Assembly: GCA_951406725.2 (NCBI GenBank)
Contig: OX597831.1
Location: 57,474,001 to 57,538,000 of the forward strand
Source of the DNA: Octopus vulgaris
Lineage: Eukaryota
Direction: 5' to 3'
DNA: 64,000 nucleotides
Positions 51,623-64,000 of this stretch are shown in pieces (position 1 is the stretch's first letter; every line of letters starts with the position of its first letter). A model generated the notes under the pieces. That model was not told the DNA's origin and did no database searches. It worked only from the letters and a program-made list of their open reading frames with translations. The position numbers were made by a program, and so were the translations under genes.

Positions 51623-53266
51623 AAACAGAAAAGAATATAAAATATATATATATTTCTTTTTTGCATGTATACTTGTAAGGAAAAATCTTTTGCTATTTAA
51701 GCAACCAGTAAAACATACATTTTTCAGTTTGAAAACGGCTACGAGAAGATTGAAACTCATATTACTGTAAACATTATTATTAAGATTAAAATAAAAATTA
51801 TCTCATCAAAAAAAAAAACATCTCATTCTTTTAAAGATATATGTGTATATATGTTTGTGTATATATATATATGTACTAACATACATGCGTGTGTGTACAG
51901 TAACATCCACCTGCTCAAGGAGAAACCACTTCTAGCCACTTTTGATGGATAATCTCAGCACCACATTTTACAACTGCAGTTCAAGCCAGAGTTTTAGTGG
52001 CACTCATAGTACATCCTTGTTACATTATGTCAGTTGATGAAAGCTTGTATATTGTGTGTGTGTGTGTGTGTGTGTGTGTATAAAAAAATATGGGTGGCTA
52101 ATTCACAATTTTACAACCTAAAGGCAGAAATATATACGTCACTAAAGTGAACAAAGGGCACTAGTCAGCAATATTGCTAGAAATAAGAGTCAAAACAACT
52201 CAATAGCCATGGAAGCATTATCTTAATGAGATGACAAAGGAGAGAAGTTCCCTACAGTTGCAAATATAGCCAGATTATTGATGATTTTACATTTTGATGC
52301 TTAATGCATCTTAATGCTCATCGATGGCTCTCACCATGCCTAGGGTTAAAACCATCTCACCTTGTCAGCTTATAAGATTTCTGTTGAAATCATATCTGAT
52401 TTCATGAATGGTAAAAGTGAAAATTATGTATAGATTGTTTGAAGTGGTGTACAGATTTTATATATTAAGAGACAAGAGATAGTCAGAATTTGGATAAAAT
52501 CTATTTATTTATTTGTCCCTGTTAGGGATTCATCATGAATGATTTCTTACAGAAAAGTCATACCTTTTATATATATGTGAGTTAGCGGGAAATAAAAATC
52601 TGGAGTTGAATTTGTTTTCTTGAGTTTTGGAAAAGGGTGTTTGGAGTGGTTACTTGAGATGTTCTATGTAATTCTGAATCTGCATGTGTGTGTGTGTATA
52701 TGTGTGATTATGCATATCTGTGTATGTATAAATGTGTAAATTTGCATACACTGTGAGTTTTAAACAAAAGAAAGAAAGCAGACAGAAAGAAAAGAAAGAA
52801 CGAATGAATGAATGAAAGAAAGAATAGAGTGTTTTTCTGGAATGGTTGAACTTTTTTAGCAATTGCAATACCCATCAAGTTCAACCATCACAGAAAAACA
52901 CCCCATTCTTTCTCATAAACACACATACTTACATACACATACATACATACACACATAATATAAACACATATATACACCAAAGTCCTAGTTAGCAGGAAAA
53001 CAGGCAGGACTTTCATCCTTCAAGAAAATGGCCCTGCTCAATATATATATAGAAAAGGTGTAGGTAGAAACTCCATATGATGTATTCAGTGAAAGGATTG
53101 GACACACAAAAGATGAGTTGAAATCACAGGATGGTTAACAAAGAAAGTAGAGTTAGTTTGTAGCAGCTGTGCAGAAGCAATAAACCTTAAAAACATATGA
53201 GAAATAGATTTTCTCAAATGCCCGGGAGGTTTCCTCGAGGTACTAGATTATTTCTGCTACTTAGGG

Positions 53267-53485
53267 CAGTGGTTTTCAACCAGGGTTCCGCGGAACCTTA
53301 GAGTTCTGCCAGTACAGTCCAGGGGTTCCGCAAGAAGTTACAAAACTGCTAAAATCAGCAGTAATTTTTAATTCTCCTGTGCAGATATGTGTGCATAAGA
53401 CTATTAAATTATTGCACAGGGGTTCCTCGAGCCAGTGGAATGTTTCCTTGGGGTTCCGCTCCAGCAAAAAGTTTGAAAAGCACTG
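53267..53485. mobile_element. hAT MITE inserted in a decayed RTE fragment (about 53050-53730)
   Basis: TIRs cagtggttttcaa / ttgaaaagcactg; perfect 8-bp TSD acttaggg. Confidence 0.92.
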
Positions 53486-55383
53486 ACTTAGGGTATCTAA
53501 TTAGCAGTGAGGGAGGATGTTCTGACAGTATAGCTGCTACAATAACAATAGAATGGAGTTCAGAGAGCTATTACTTCTGTTGGTAACAAAAGGTTTTTCT
53601 TTCACAGTGGAAACCAAATTGTATTATGATACTTGCATATGAATAGCAATGTTAAGTGGGAGTGAAATGTGGGCCCTAAATGCAGAGGAGATATGAGGAC
53701 TATAAAGGAATGAAGCTAATATGCTCAGTGTGTATGTACAATAAAGTTCAACCCTTTAGCAATCAGATTATTATATCAAGTGTTATGTTTATTTATTCAC
53801 TTTGTTTTGAATAAATCATGCATTATCTCATAACTCCAAGATTTCAATGATTGGAATCGAAATCGAAATCAAATTCGATGACTGGCATCCGTGCTAGTGG
53901 AGAGCTAAGAGTACCATACAAGCATGATTGTTGCCAGAACAAGCTGGTCTCCATGCCGGTGGCACGTAAAAAAACACCATTCAAGTGTGATCGTAACCTG
54001 CATCGCCTTACTGGCACTTGTGCTGGTGGCATGTGAAAAAACATTCGAGCGAGGTCGTTGCCAGTGCCGCTGGACTGGCTCCTGTGCAGGTGGCACATAA
54101 AAGGCACCATTTGAGCGTGGCCGTTGCCAGTACCGCCTGACTGGCCCTTGTGCCGGTGGCACGTAAAAGCATCCACTACACTTCTTGGAGTGGTTGGCGT
54201 TAGGAAGGGCATCCAGCTGTAGAAACTCTGCCAGATCAGATTGGAGTCTGGTGCAGCCATCTGGTTCGCCAGTCCTCAGTCAAATCATCCAACCCATGCT
54301 GGCATGGAAAACGGATGTTAAATGATGATGATGATGTAATCGTGTATTTTTAGAATAACATTGTAAGGAAAGTGTCAGTGGCTGGATCTGGAAGATTTGA
54401 ACATAACACAGGTAGAATATATGGGCTGGAAATGGCTGGTTTGAATGTAAAATGGTTAACTGTGTTGAGAGTAAAATTGGGCCTAAGATTATATATCCAT
54501 ATATATCCTAAGAGTATGCTCATCACCACCATCATTGTCTTCTTTCCAGCTACTCCCACCCACACATATATAATGCAGGGTAGCTGTCCTGGTGCCTGTC
54601 CTTATCAACACCTAACATAAAGCAAGCTCCCTCTCTACTACAACCCTACTTAGCTGAGGGATTGTTTTTCTTTGTCTTGCAAGTTAGTTGGTGACCTCAA
54701 TAGTGCCTGTTATCCTCAGACCAAAACTTGGCTTGAATATTCGCAACAAAGTAAACTCTAGCAAAAGGTACCCCGAAATTATTTAATGATGCTAAATTGG
54801 GCGAAAGATTAAGTCTACAGCCCACCAAAACAGGAATAATTCTTCAAGCAGATTTCTGCAGTTTCAATCTAGCCCCTTTCACTAACAAGGATTTGGTGGA
54901 ACCCAAAAGAATAGTAAATGATTGAAACAATCATAGCTGCAAAGTGAATATCTAACCACATAGCCATGCCTGCACCCTTGTAGTCAGTCACATTGCATTG
55001 ATTTCATCAAAGTTTTGGATCAGACTTATAATATGAAAGACTGTCAAATTCCTCAATTGCAGGAAGAAAAAGAAAGCAACAACAACAAAAAAAAACAATC
55101 AAACAAAAAGATAATCCTTTATATGATAGGCGCAAGGCCTGAAATTTTGTGGGAAGGGCTTACTTGATTGCACTGACCCCAGTACTTATCTGGTACTTAT
55201 TTTATTGACCCCAAAAGGATAAAAGATAAAGTTGACTTCAGCAGAATTTGAACTCAGAATGTAAAACCAGAAGAAATACTGCTAAGCATTTCGCCTGGTG
55301 TGCTAATGATTCTGCCAGCTCGTTGCCTTGGTCACACAAAAACAATAATAAATGTGTAAAAGTACATGGAGTGATCAACTTAC

Positions 55384-55491
55384 CAAGTAAACAAGGAATT
55401 CTAGGAGTAAACTCTTTAATAACATATGGCAGTATCATATAACTCTGATTTACAAGTATTGGAGACACACCAAGTTCTGTCTGTTTCCAGT
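55384..55491 (-). CDS. SLC5A7-like: SLC5A7-like internal exon
   Basis: Acceptor tcttttcAG| and donor |GTaagt; 108 nt, phase 1 to 1. Encodes (D)WKQTELGVSPILVNQSYMILPYVIKEFTPRIPCLL(G), similar to CHT1 DWNQT...MILPIVLQYLCP. Confidence 0.9.
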
Positions 55492-55968
55492 CTGAAAAGA
55501 AAGAAATTCATCATTTCATGAAAAGAAACTCTGCTGCTACCACCACTACCACCAATACTGCCACCACCATCACTAGCACTATCAACAATTTATCCCCCAT
55601 TCTTCTTTGGGTGGTGAAAGCATTTAGTTTTAAAATCTTAAGACAAATTACACATTTTTTTTATCAGTGTCAGTTATTACTGTTGGGCAGCAACACCTGA
55701 TAAAGGGCCAGGTGTCACAATGATTTCAAAGAAAAAATAAGCAAACCAACAAAGGAATTTCTATAGGGCTACTCAACTTACAAGAAAAACAAAAAATTAC
55801 AAAATTTGTCTCATATAGGCACAGGAGTGGCTATATGGTAAGAAGCTTGCTTCCTAACCACATGGTCCTGGGTTCAGTCCCACTATGTGGCACCTTGGGA
55901 ATGTGTCTTCTACAATACCCACAGGCCAAACAAAGCCTTGGATTTGGTAGACAAAAAACTGAAAGAAG

Positions 55969-56198
55969 GCGGCGAGCTAGCAGAAACGTTAGCACGCTGG
56001 GCGAAATGCTTAGCGGTATTTCGTCTGCCATTACGTTCTGAGTTCAAATTCCGCCTAGGTCGACTTTGAATTTATCCTTTCAGGGTTGATAAATTAAGTG
56101 CCAGTTATGCACTGGGGTCGATGTAATCAACTTAATCCCTTTGTCTGTCCTTGTTTGTCCTCTCTGTGTTTAGCCCCTTGTGGCAATAAAGTAATAAG
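55969..56198 (+). mobile_element. Family B SINE inserted in a family A SINE
   Basis: 13-bp TSD aaactgaaagaag at 55956-55968 and 56199-56211. Confidence 0.85.
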
Positions 56199-57019
56199 AA
56201 ACTGAAAGAAGCCTGTCATATATATATATATATATATATGTATTTGCGTGTCTGTGTTTGTCCCCCCACCATCGCTTGACAACCGATGTTGGTGTGTTTA
56301 TGTTCCTGTAACTTAGCAGTTTGGCAAAAGAGGCTGATAGAATAACTACTAGGCTTGCAAAGAATAAGTCCTGGGGTTGATTTCTTCGACCAAAGGCAAT
56401 GCTCCAGTATGGCCAGTCTAATAATGACTGAAATAAGTAAAAGATAAAAGATACATCTGGTTACCATGTAAATCAGCACAACTGGGTCATTGGTGAGCAA
56501 CTAAACTGACAACAACACTCTTGCATCTACCTCTGGTACAAGAAAGATAAACGGACACCTTGACGGGAGTCAACAGCCATTTATCAATTCAGAAGACTTC
56601 ATTAAGGCTTCTGGGTTCAGCAGGGCAGATTCTTTTCTCAACCCCTACATATTGGTTGTCTCCCTTAAAGATGACATCTAGATGAAAGAAACCCTCCACC
56701 AGCCCTTGTTAAATTTGAAGACCACCCAAACTGGTGAAGCTCAGTAACTGGGATTATCATTATCTCATCTTTCATTTTGTCAGAAATGACAGATGTGTTC
56801 CATTGCCATTGCAGCAGAATTGAAATTCAACAGGTTAAGATGTAGGACTTAATGAAGACTGTACTTAGTTAATCGGAATAACATCTACTCGACACTCTTG
56901 TATATTGTAAGGTTGAGCTACAATAACATTCATGAAAATACAGTTCTATATTTAAGAGATGAGGAATTATGTACATTATTTACATTCGACAGATATTTGT
57001 CCTCATCTTGTTTGTTGTT

Positions 57020-57065
57020 AACACAATGTTTCCGCTGATATACCCTCCAGCTTTCTTCAGGTGTC
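57020..57065 (-). ncRNA. Decayed minimal hammerhead motif in a Penelope-like fragment
   Basis: GACAC-CUGAAGA-A-AGCUG(GAGGGUAUAU)CAGCG-GAAAC-AU-U-GUGUU; stem I intact, G16.2 changed to A. Confidence 0.55.
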
Positions 57066-57554
57066 TTGGGGAAATTTGCCCAAGGTTCCACGCAGTGGGA
57101 CTGAAGCCAGAGCCATGTGGCTCTGGGTCTGAGTACAAATGTCTTGTTTTCATGAGTTTTGAATTAAAATCTTCCACCAAACCTTAGTCACAGTTTATGT
57201 TCCTAACACTAGCTTAATGATAACTAAGTTATTTTACTAAATTCTTTGTTATATTTGAAGTAATTGAAAGAAACACAGAGCATTTCAAAATAAATACAGT
57301 AACGAAAAGGTTAAACATAACTAGTTCAGGAACTTTTTGATGCCAATTCGTATTATCTTGTAATTATCAGACTTTGATGACGTAACAATGATATTATAGG
57401 GTTGGTACGAGAAACCATATCTGACTAGTTTCACCATAAAACAGAGAGAATATTTTGGCTGGATATGGCTGGTTTAAATATCACTTCTATCTTACTACCT
57501 AAATATCATTTCTACTATACCATAGCCTAAATACTGCTTTTGCTACTGAGACCC

Positions 57555-57877
57555 CCTTCGGTCACAACACAGATCATGGAAATGCACCTAGAAAGTTAGC
57601 TTCCCAGGCACAAGTCTGGGCAAGGTTGTTTATGGAAGACCAGCAGTCGCCCATGCATACCGACTTCCCCTCTCCACGCCACCAGTGTTATCCAAGGGAA
57701 AGGCAATGGCCAATATAGCTTGGCACCTGTGACATTGCAACTCATTTCTACAAATGAGTGAACTGAAGCAACGTGAAATAAAGTGTCTTGCTCAAGAACA
57801 CAACACGCAGCCCGATCCAGGATTTGAGCTCACAACCTCACGATCGTAAGCTCGACGCTCTAACCACTGAGCCATGC
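57555..57877 (-). mobile_element. tRNA-derived SINE ('family D')
   Basis: Head agcatggctcagtggttagagcg...gagctcaaatcc, then tgtgttcttgagcaagacacttta; related piece at about 39630-39825. Confidence 0.7.
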
Positions 57878-58055
57878 TTTGCTACTACACTACCTATATA
57901 CTGCTTTTATTACTCCCCTGCCTAAACACCTCTACTGTTACCACACTGCTTAAATACCACCTTTGTCACTAAACTGTCTAAATGCCATTTTTGCCATATC
58001 ACCGTAAAAACATTGAATAATAATTACAAAAAAATGATGTGCAGAACAAACCTAC

Positions 58056-58137
58056 CTGCTGATATGCCAGCAGCTCCAATCAGAACTGCAGGAATGACAA
58101 GAATAACTGCAAACAGAGCACCGGAGAAGGACAAAAC
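58056..58137 (-). CDS. SLC5A7-like: SLC5A7/CHT1-like Na+:solute symporter, internal exon (most 5' exon found in the window)
   Basis: Acceptor ttttactctcAG| and donor |GTaggt; 82 nt, phase 0 to 1. Encodes [27 protein letters not shown], similar to CHT1 [27 protein letters not shown] (recalled). Confidence 0.88.
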
Positions 58138-58686
58138 CTGAGAGTAAAAAGCACTTTGCATTGACAGGACTCGCTGGAAAAATGACTGCCAAGGAATTGT
58201 TCCAAAAGTCTATAAAAAGAAATAAGTTGTGTAAAATGTAAAGACATACAATAACGCTATGCAAAGTGGGCGAAATACATTTTGGCATTTTTATTTGTTA
58301 GTCTTGTAGGGTTAATGGTCACCTTGTGTCTATCTTTATCAGTATCAGGAGAGCTGGGTGACAGATTGAGGTTGTTAACAATTTAGCTTAAATTGCTGTA
58401 CATCAATCACACGAGTGAGTCAGTGTGAGCTGAGATACAGAATAAGGGGGGCATAAAGATATGTGTCTTTCATCTTTTACTTTTTTCAATGATTAGACTG
58501 TGGTCATGCTGGAGCACTGCCTCCAAGAATTTTAGTTAAACTAATTGAACCCAGTACTTATTATTTTTTATTTTTTAGCCTGGTACTTATTCTATTGGTC
58601 TCTTTTGCCAAACTGCTAAGTTATGGGGACATAAACAAACTAACATTGGTTGTCAAGCAGTGGTGGGAGACAAACAGACAGACACT

Positions 58687-58689
<3 letters not shown>

Positions 58690-58744
<55 letters not shown>

Positions 58745-58905
58745 CATATGATATATAGATATACATACATACATATGATATATATATATACATACATACA
58801 TATGATATATATATATATATACATATATATGATATATAGATATACATACATACATATATATATATATACATATATACATACATACATATATATATATATA
58901 CATAT

Positions 58906-58946
<41 letters not shown>

Positions 58947-59074
58947 TATGATATATATATATACATATATATGATATATATATATACATATATATATGAT
59001 ATATAGATATACATACATACATATATATATATATACATATATACATACATACATACATATATATATATACATAT

Positions 59075-59110
<36 letters not shown>

Positions 59111-59582
59111 GATATATAGATATACATACATACATACATATGATATATAGATATACATACATACATATATATGATATATAGATATACATACATACATACA
59201 TATATATGATATATAGATATACATACATACATATATATGATATATAGATATACATACATACATACATATATATGATATATAGATATACATACATACATAC
59301 ATATATATGATATATAGATATACATACATACATATATATGATATATAGATATACATACATACTTACATATATATGATATATAGATATACATACATACATA
59401 TATATGATATATAGATATACATACATACATACGATATATAGATATACATACATACATACGATATATAGATATACATACATACATACGATATATAGATATA
59501 CATACATACATACGATATATAGATATACATACATACATACGATATATAGATATACATACATACATACGATATATAGATATAC

Positions 59583-59633
<51 letters not shown>

Positions 59634-60106
59634 ATATGATATATAGATATACATATATATATACATATATAAATAAATTTCAAGCCTTGTGCCTAGAGTA
59701 CAAAAGAAGTATAGAAGACACATGCGCAAAGTTCCACACAGTGGGACTGACCCCAGAACCATATATAGATATACATACATACATACATATATATGATATA
59801 TAGATATACATACATACATACATATATATGATATATAGATATACATACATACATACATATATATGATATATAGATATACATACATACATACATATATATG
59901 ATATATAGATATACATACATACATATATGATATATAGATATACATACATACATATATGATATATAGATATACATACATACATATATGATATATAGATATA
60001 CATACATACATACATATATATGATATATAGATATACATACATACATACATATATATGATATATAGATATACATACATACATACATACATATATATGATAT
60101 ATAGAT

Positions 60107-60138
<32 letters not shown>

Positions 60139-60149
60139 GATATATAGAT

Positions 60150-60190
<41 letters not shown>

Positions 60191-60198
60191 ATATAGAT

Positions 60199-60237
<39 letters not shown>

Positions 60238-60272
60238 ATATAGATATACATACATATATATATATACATATA
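58690..60272. repeat. TA/CATA-derived minisatellite of about 25-31 bp (tatatgatatatagatatacatacatac)
   Basis: Directly visible array. Confidence 0.92.
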
Positions 60273-61964
60273 TAAATAAATTTCAAGCCTTGTGCCTAGA
60301 GTACAAAAGAAGTATAGAAGAAGACACATGCGCAAAGTTCCACACAGTGGGACTGACCCCAGAACCATATAGCTGGGAAGCAAACTAATTACAACACAAC
60401 CATACTTGCACCTTATAAATATCATGTAGTTTTAAGTAAGAGAGACACAGAATGATACATTTGATGGGGTTTTTTTTGTGTTCTTTTCAATTGTTTTACT
60501 CTATTCCAGTTTAGGTCAGACAAGTATGTAAATTAATGAACATTCAACCCTGAAGCACTTTGCCTTTATTAAGTTTTATGACATTCTTTCTTGAAAGTCA
60601 CTGCAAGATAAATCAACAGGGTGCTAACCTACTGCACTCAGTGTGTTGACGGCTCATGTATTCATATATATATATATATATATATATATACAAAATTTAG
60701 AGGACTGACCACTAAAAGTGGACAGACTATATGCTAAACATATCAGACCCAGTATGCTTCTTTTTTTTTAAGTTTGGCACTTATTCTATTGATTTTTTTT
60801 TTTTTTGCCAAACTGCCAAGTTATGGGGACATAAACACATTGACACCGGTTGTCAATTGGTGGCAGGGGTGGGGGGACAAACAGACACAAAGACACACAT
60901 ACGTGCGTATGTGTGATGGGATTCTCTCAGTTTCTGTTTACCAAATCCATTCACAAGGCTTTAGTTGGCCCAAGGCTGTAGTAGGAGACACTTGCCCAAA
61001 GTGCCATGCAGTGAGACAGAACCCAGACCATATGGTTGGCAAGCAAGCTTCTTATTTCTTTACTGCCTACAAGGGGCTAGACACAAAAGGGACAAAAAAG
61101 GACAGACTTGTTTGTCCCCTCTGTGTGTATTAAGTTGATTATATTGGCCCCAGTGTGTAACTGGTACTTAATTTATCGATCCCTGAAAGGATGAAAGGCA
61201 GAGTTGACCTCGGCAGAACGTAGCGGCAGACGAAATACCGCTAACCATTTCGCCTGGTGTGCTAACGTTTCTGCCAGCTTCTTACCACACAACCATGCCT
61301 GCACCTAGTACAGTGATATCTTTTAAATGCTTAACAATTTAATTAAATTAAAGAGTTAAAATATTTGTCTCTTTCTCTCTCTCTCTCTCTCCCTCTCTAG
61401 TTCAGACCCAGCTATTACTAATTTCCAAAGGTCATTGCTCTAGGTAACAAGCACCAATTGTTGCTGTATTCAGCTCAATAAGTTGATGGAAAGCAACGGC
61501 ATTATCTGCATAGCTAAATGATGTTGCTGTAAAGTGCATGTGGATGTATTTATTTAGAGAAGCTTGTACACATGCACCAGCTGTCAGTGCACAGTGAGTG
61601 CAGCTGGTTCTTCAATTACTTAATTGTCTTCCTGCTTTACACGTTCCCAGAAGTGATTGGTTTGAAACTAATGTGAATGCCTGTGTACAATTTCTGACGA
61701 TTACCCATTCTGGCTGAGTATTCAGACAGGTCTGCTTCTATAATCACACAGAAATGACAATTGACAATTAACATGGCATTTCACACCAAATACATACATA
61801 TACACATACCACGTACATGTATGTATGCATCTATGTGTGTATACATATATACATATATATGTATACATATATACATATATATGTATACATATACATTTCA
61901 TATATATATATATATATTTTCCATCCAACCCGTGCTAGCACGGAAAACGGGATGATGATGATGA

Positions 61965-62742
<778 letters not shown>

Positions 62743-64000
62743 AATGCAGTAAGAGTATTTAACACTGCAAGTGAATGAATGCATGTGAAAACCTGCATGT
62801 GATGAAACACAATACACACACACACACACACACACACACATGCACACAAACGTAGAGAGAAATGTATGTGTGTTAAACTAAAATCCTTTCAACACCAAAT
62901 TAACTAAAACCGACTCAGTTTATCCCTTACAGTAAATAGGTCGCAGCTTTCCTGTTTGAATGTAATACAGGGCAGTTGAAGTAGCTAATTAAGTGTTGAA
63001 AAGTGTAGACATTACTAGTTCAATATGTATCGCAACCCACTGTATTGCAGTAAGAGAGAGAGAGAGAGAGAGTTGGGGGCGGGGATTATAGAGACATAAT
63101 TAAATAAGTTTTAACTGGGAATTCAAGATTTTTTTGCCTACCAGCTAATTCAACCAGCAATGTTTGAATAAAGCTAAATGAAACCTGAAATCAAAATCAA
63201 ACTTAATTTTTATAATGAATTTGATTCTACTGTTAGCATTGAATTACTAATGCTGATCGTCATATGCAGTTGGTATTCTCAAAATTACTTCAAAATAGTC
63301 CAAAAGTTAACATTAGTACATGTGTGCGTGCATGTGTGTAGATAGATAGACAGATACACACATAATCTATATTATTAATTACTGTACACATTCCATATGG
63401 CATGGGTTGGATAGTTTGACAGGTACACTTTGGTATGGTTTCTATGGCTTGATGCCCATCCTAATTTTCAGCATGTACTGGGTGCTTTTTTCCATGCCAT
63501 CAGCACTAATGAAGCCACCTTGCATCTTGCAAGAATACACATCCCCAAAACAACTATACATATATAGCACGTAAAAAGCACCATCCGTCCGTGGCTGTTT
63601 GCCAGCTCCGTCTGGCACCTGTGCGGGTGGCACGTAAAAAGCACCCACTACACTCACGGAGTGGTTGGTGTTAGGAAGGGCATCCAGCCGTAGAAACATT
63701 GCCAGATCAGACTGGGCCTGAAGCAGCCTTCTGGCTTCAGAGCCCCGGATGGTGTTGAACGTCACAACCCATGCTAGCATGGAAAGCGGACGCTAAATGA
63801 TGATGATGATGTTATATATATATATGAGCGTTGTAGTTTACTTGAAGCATTGTAGTGTCATGAAAGGTAAAAAGAGAGAAAGCAGAAATATTCTGACAGT
63901 GAGGAAAGTTTTATAAAACCTTTATATTTCAGGCATAAAGGCCCATCTTCAGAAGTAGAACAGTCTGAGAACTGTCAAGTTACGCAGGTTTTATAAAACT

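Noticed and set aside
56480-56930. Possible Penelope RT remnant (AMAMGT-like) next to the hammerhead fragment
   Set aside because: Only one weak motif among frameshifts; too little to annotate.

Overview
AT-rich, microsatellite-dense animal DNA. Its repeat set (tRNA-derived CORE-type and Meta-type SINEs, (GAT)n-tailed RTE LINEs) looks like an octopus genome; the taxon is inferred. The only host gene found is the 3' part of a divergent SLC5A7/CHT1-like sodium:solute symporter on the minus strand. Four exons with canonical GT-AG sites and matching phases (58137-58056, 55491-55384, 21147-21041, 18982-18419) give 286 aa, and one intron is about 34.2 kb. The rest is mostly transposon-derived: a near-intact antisense RTE LINE, decayed RTE, R4-like and Penelope LINEs, two mariners, Helitrons, hAT and piggyBac-type MITEs, and many nested SINEs. 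The most interesting observations are: a tandemly repeated hairpin plus compact H-type pseudoknot module in the RTE 3' region; several minimal hammerhead ribozyme motifs and one type III candidate; substitutions at the transporter's predicted choline-binding aromatics; a one-base frame break at the LINE N-terminus; a twin-priming-like RTE inversion; and a 251-bp fold-back palindrome. Most long ORFs in the track are microsatellite artefacts. All alignments were done by eye, and repeat boundaries without TIR/TSD evidence are approximate.
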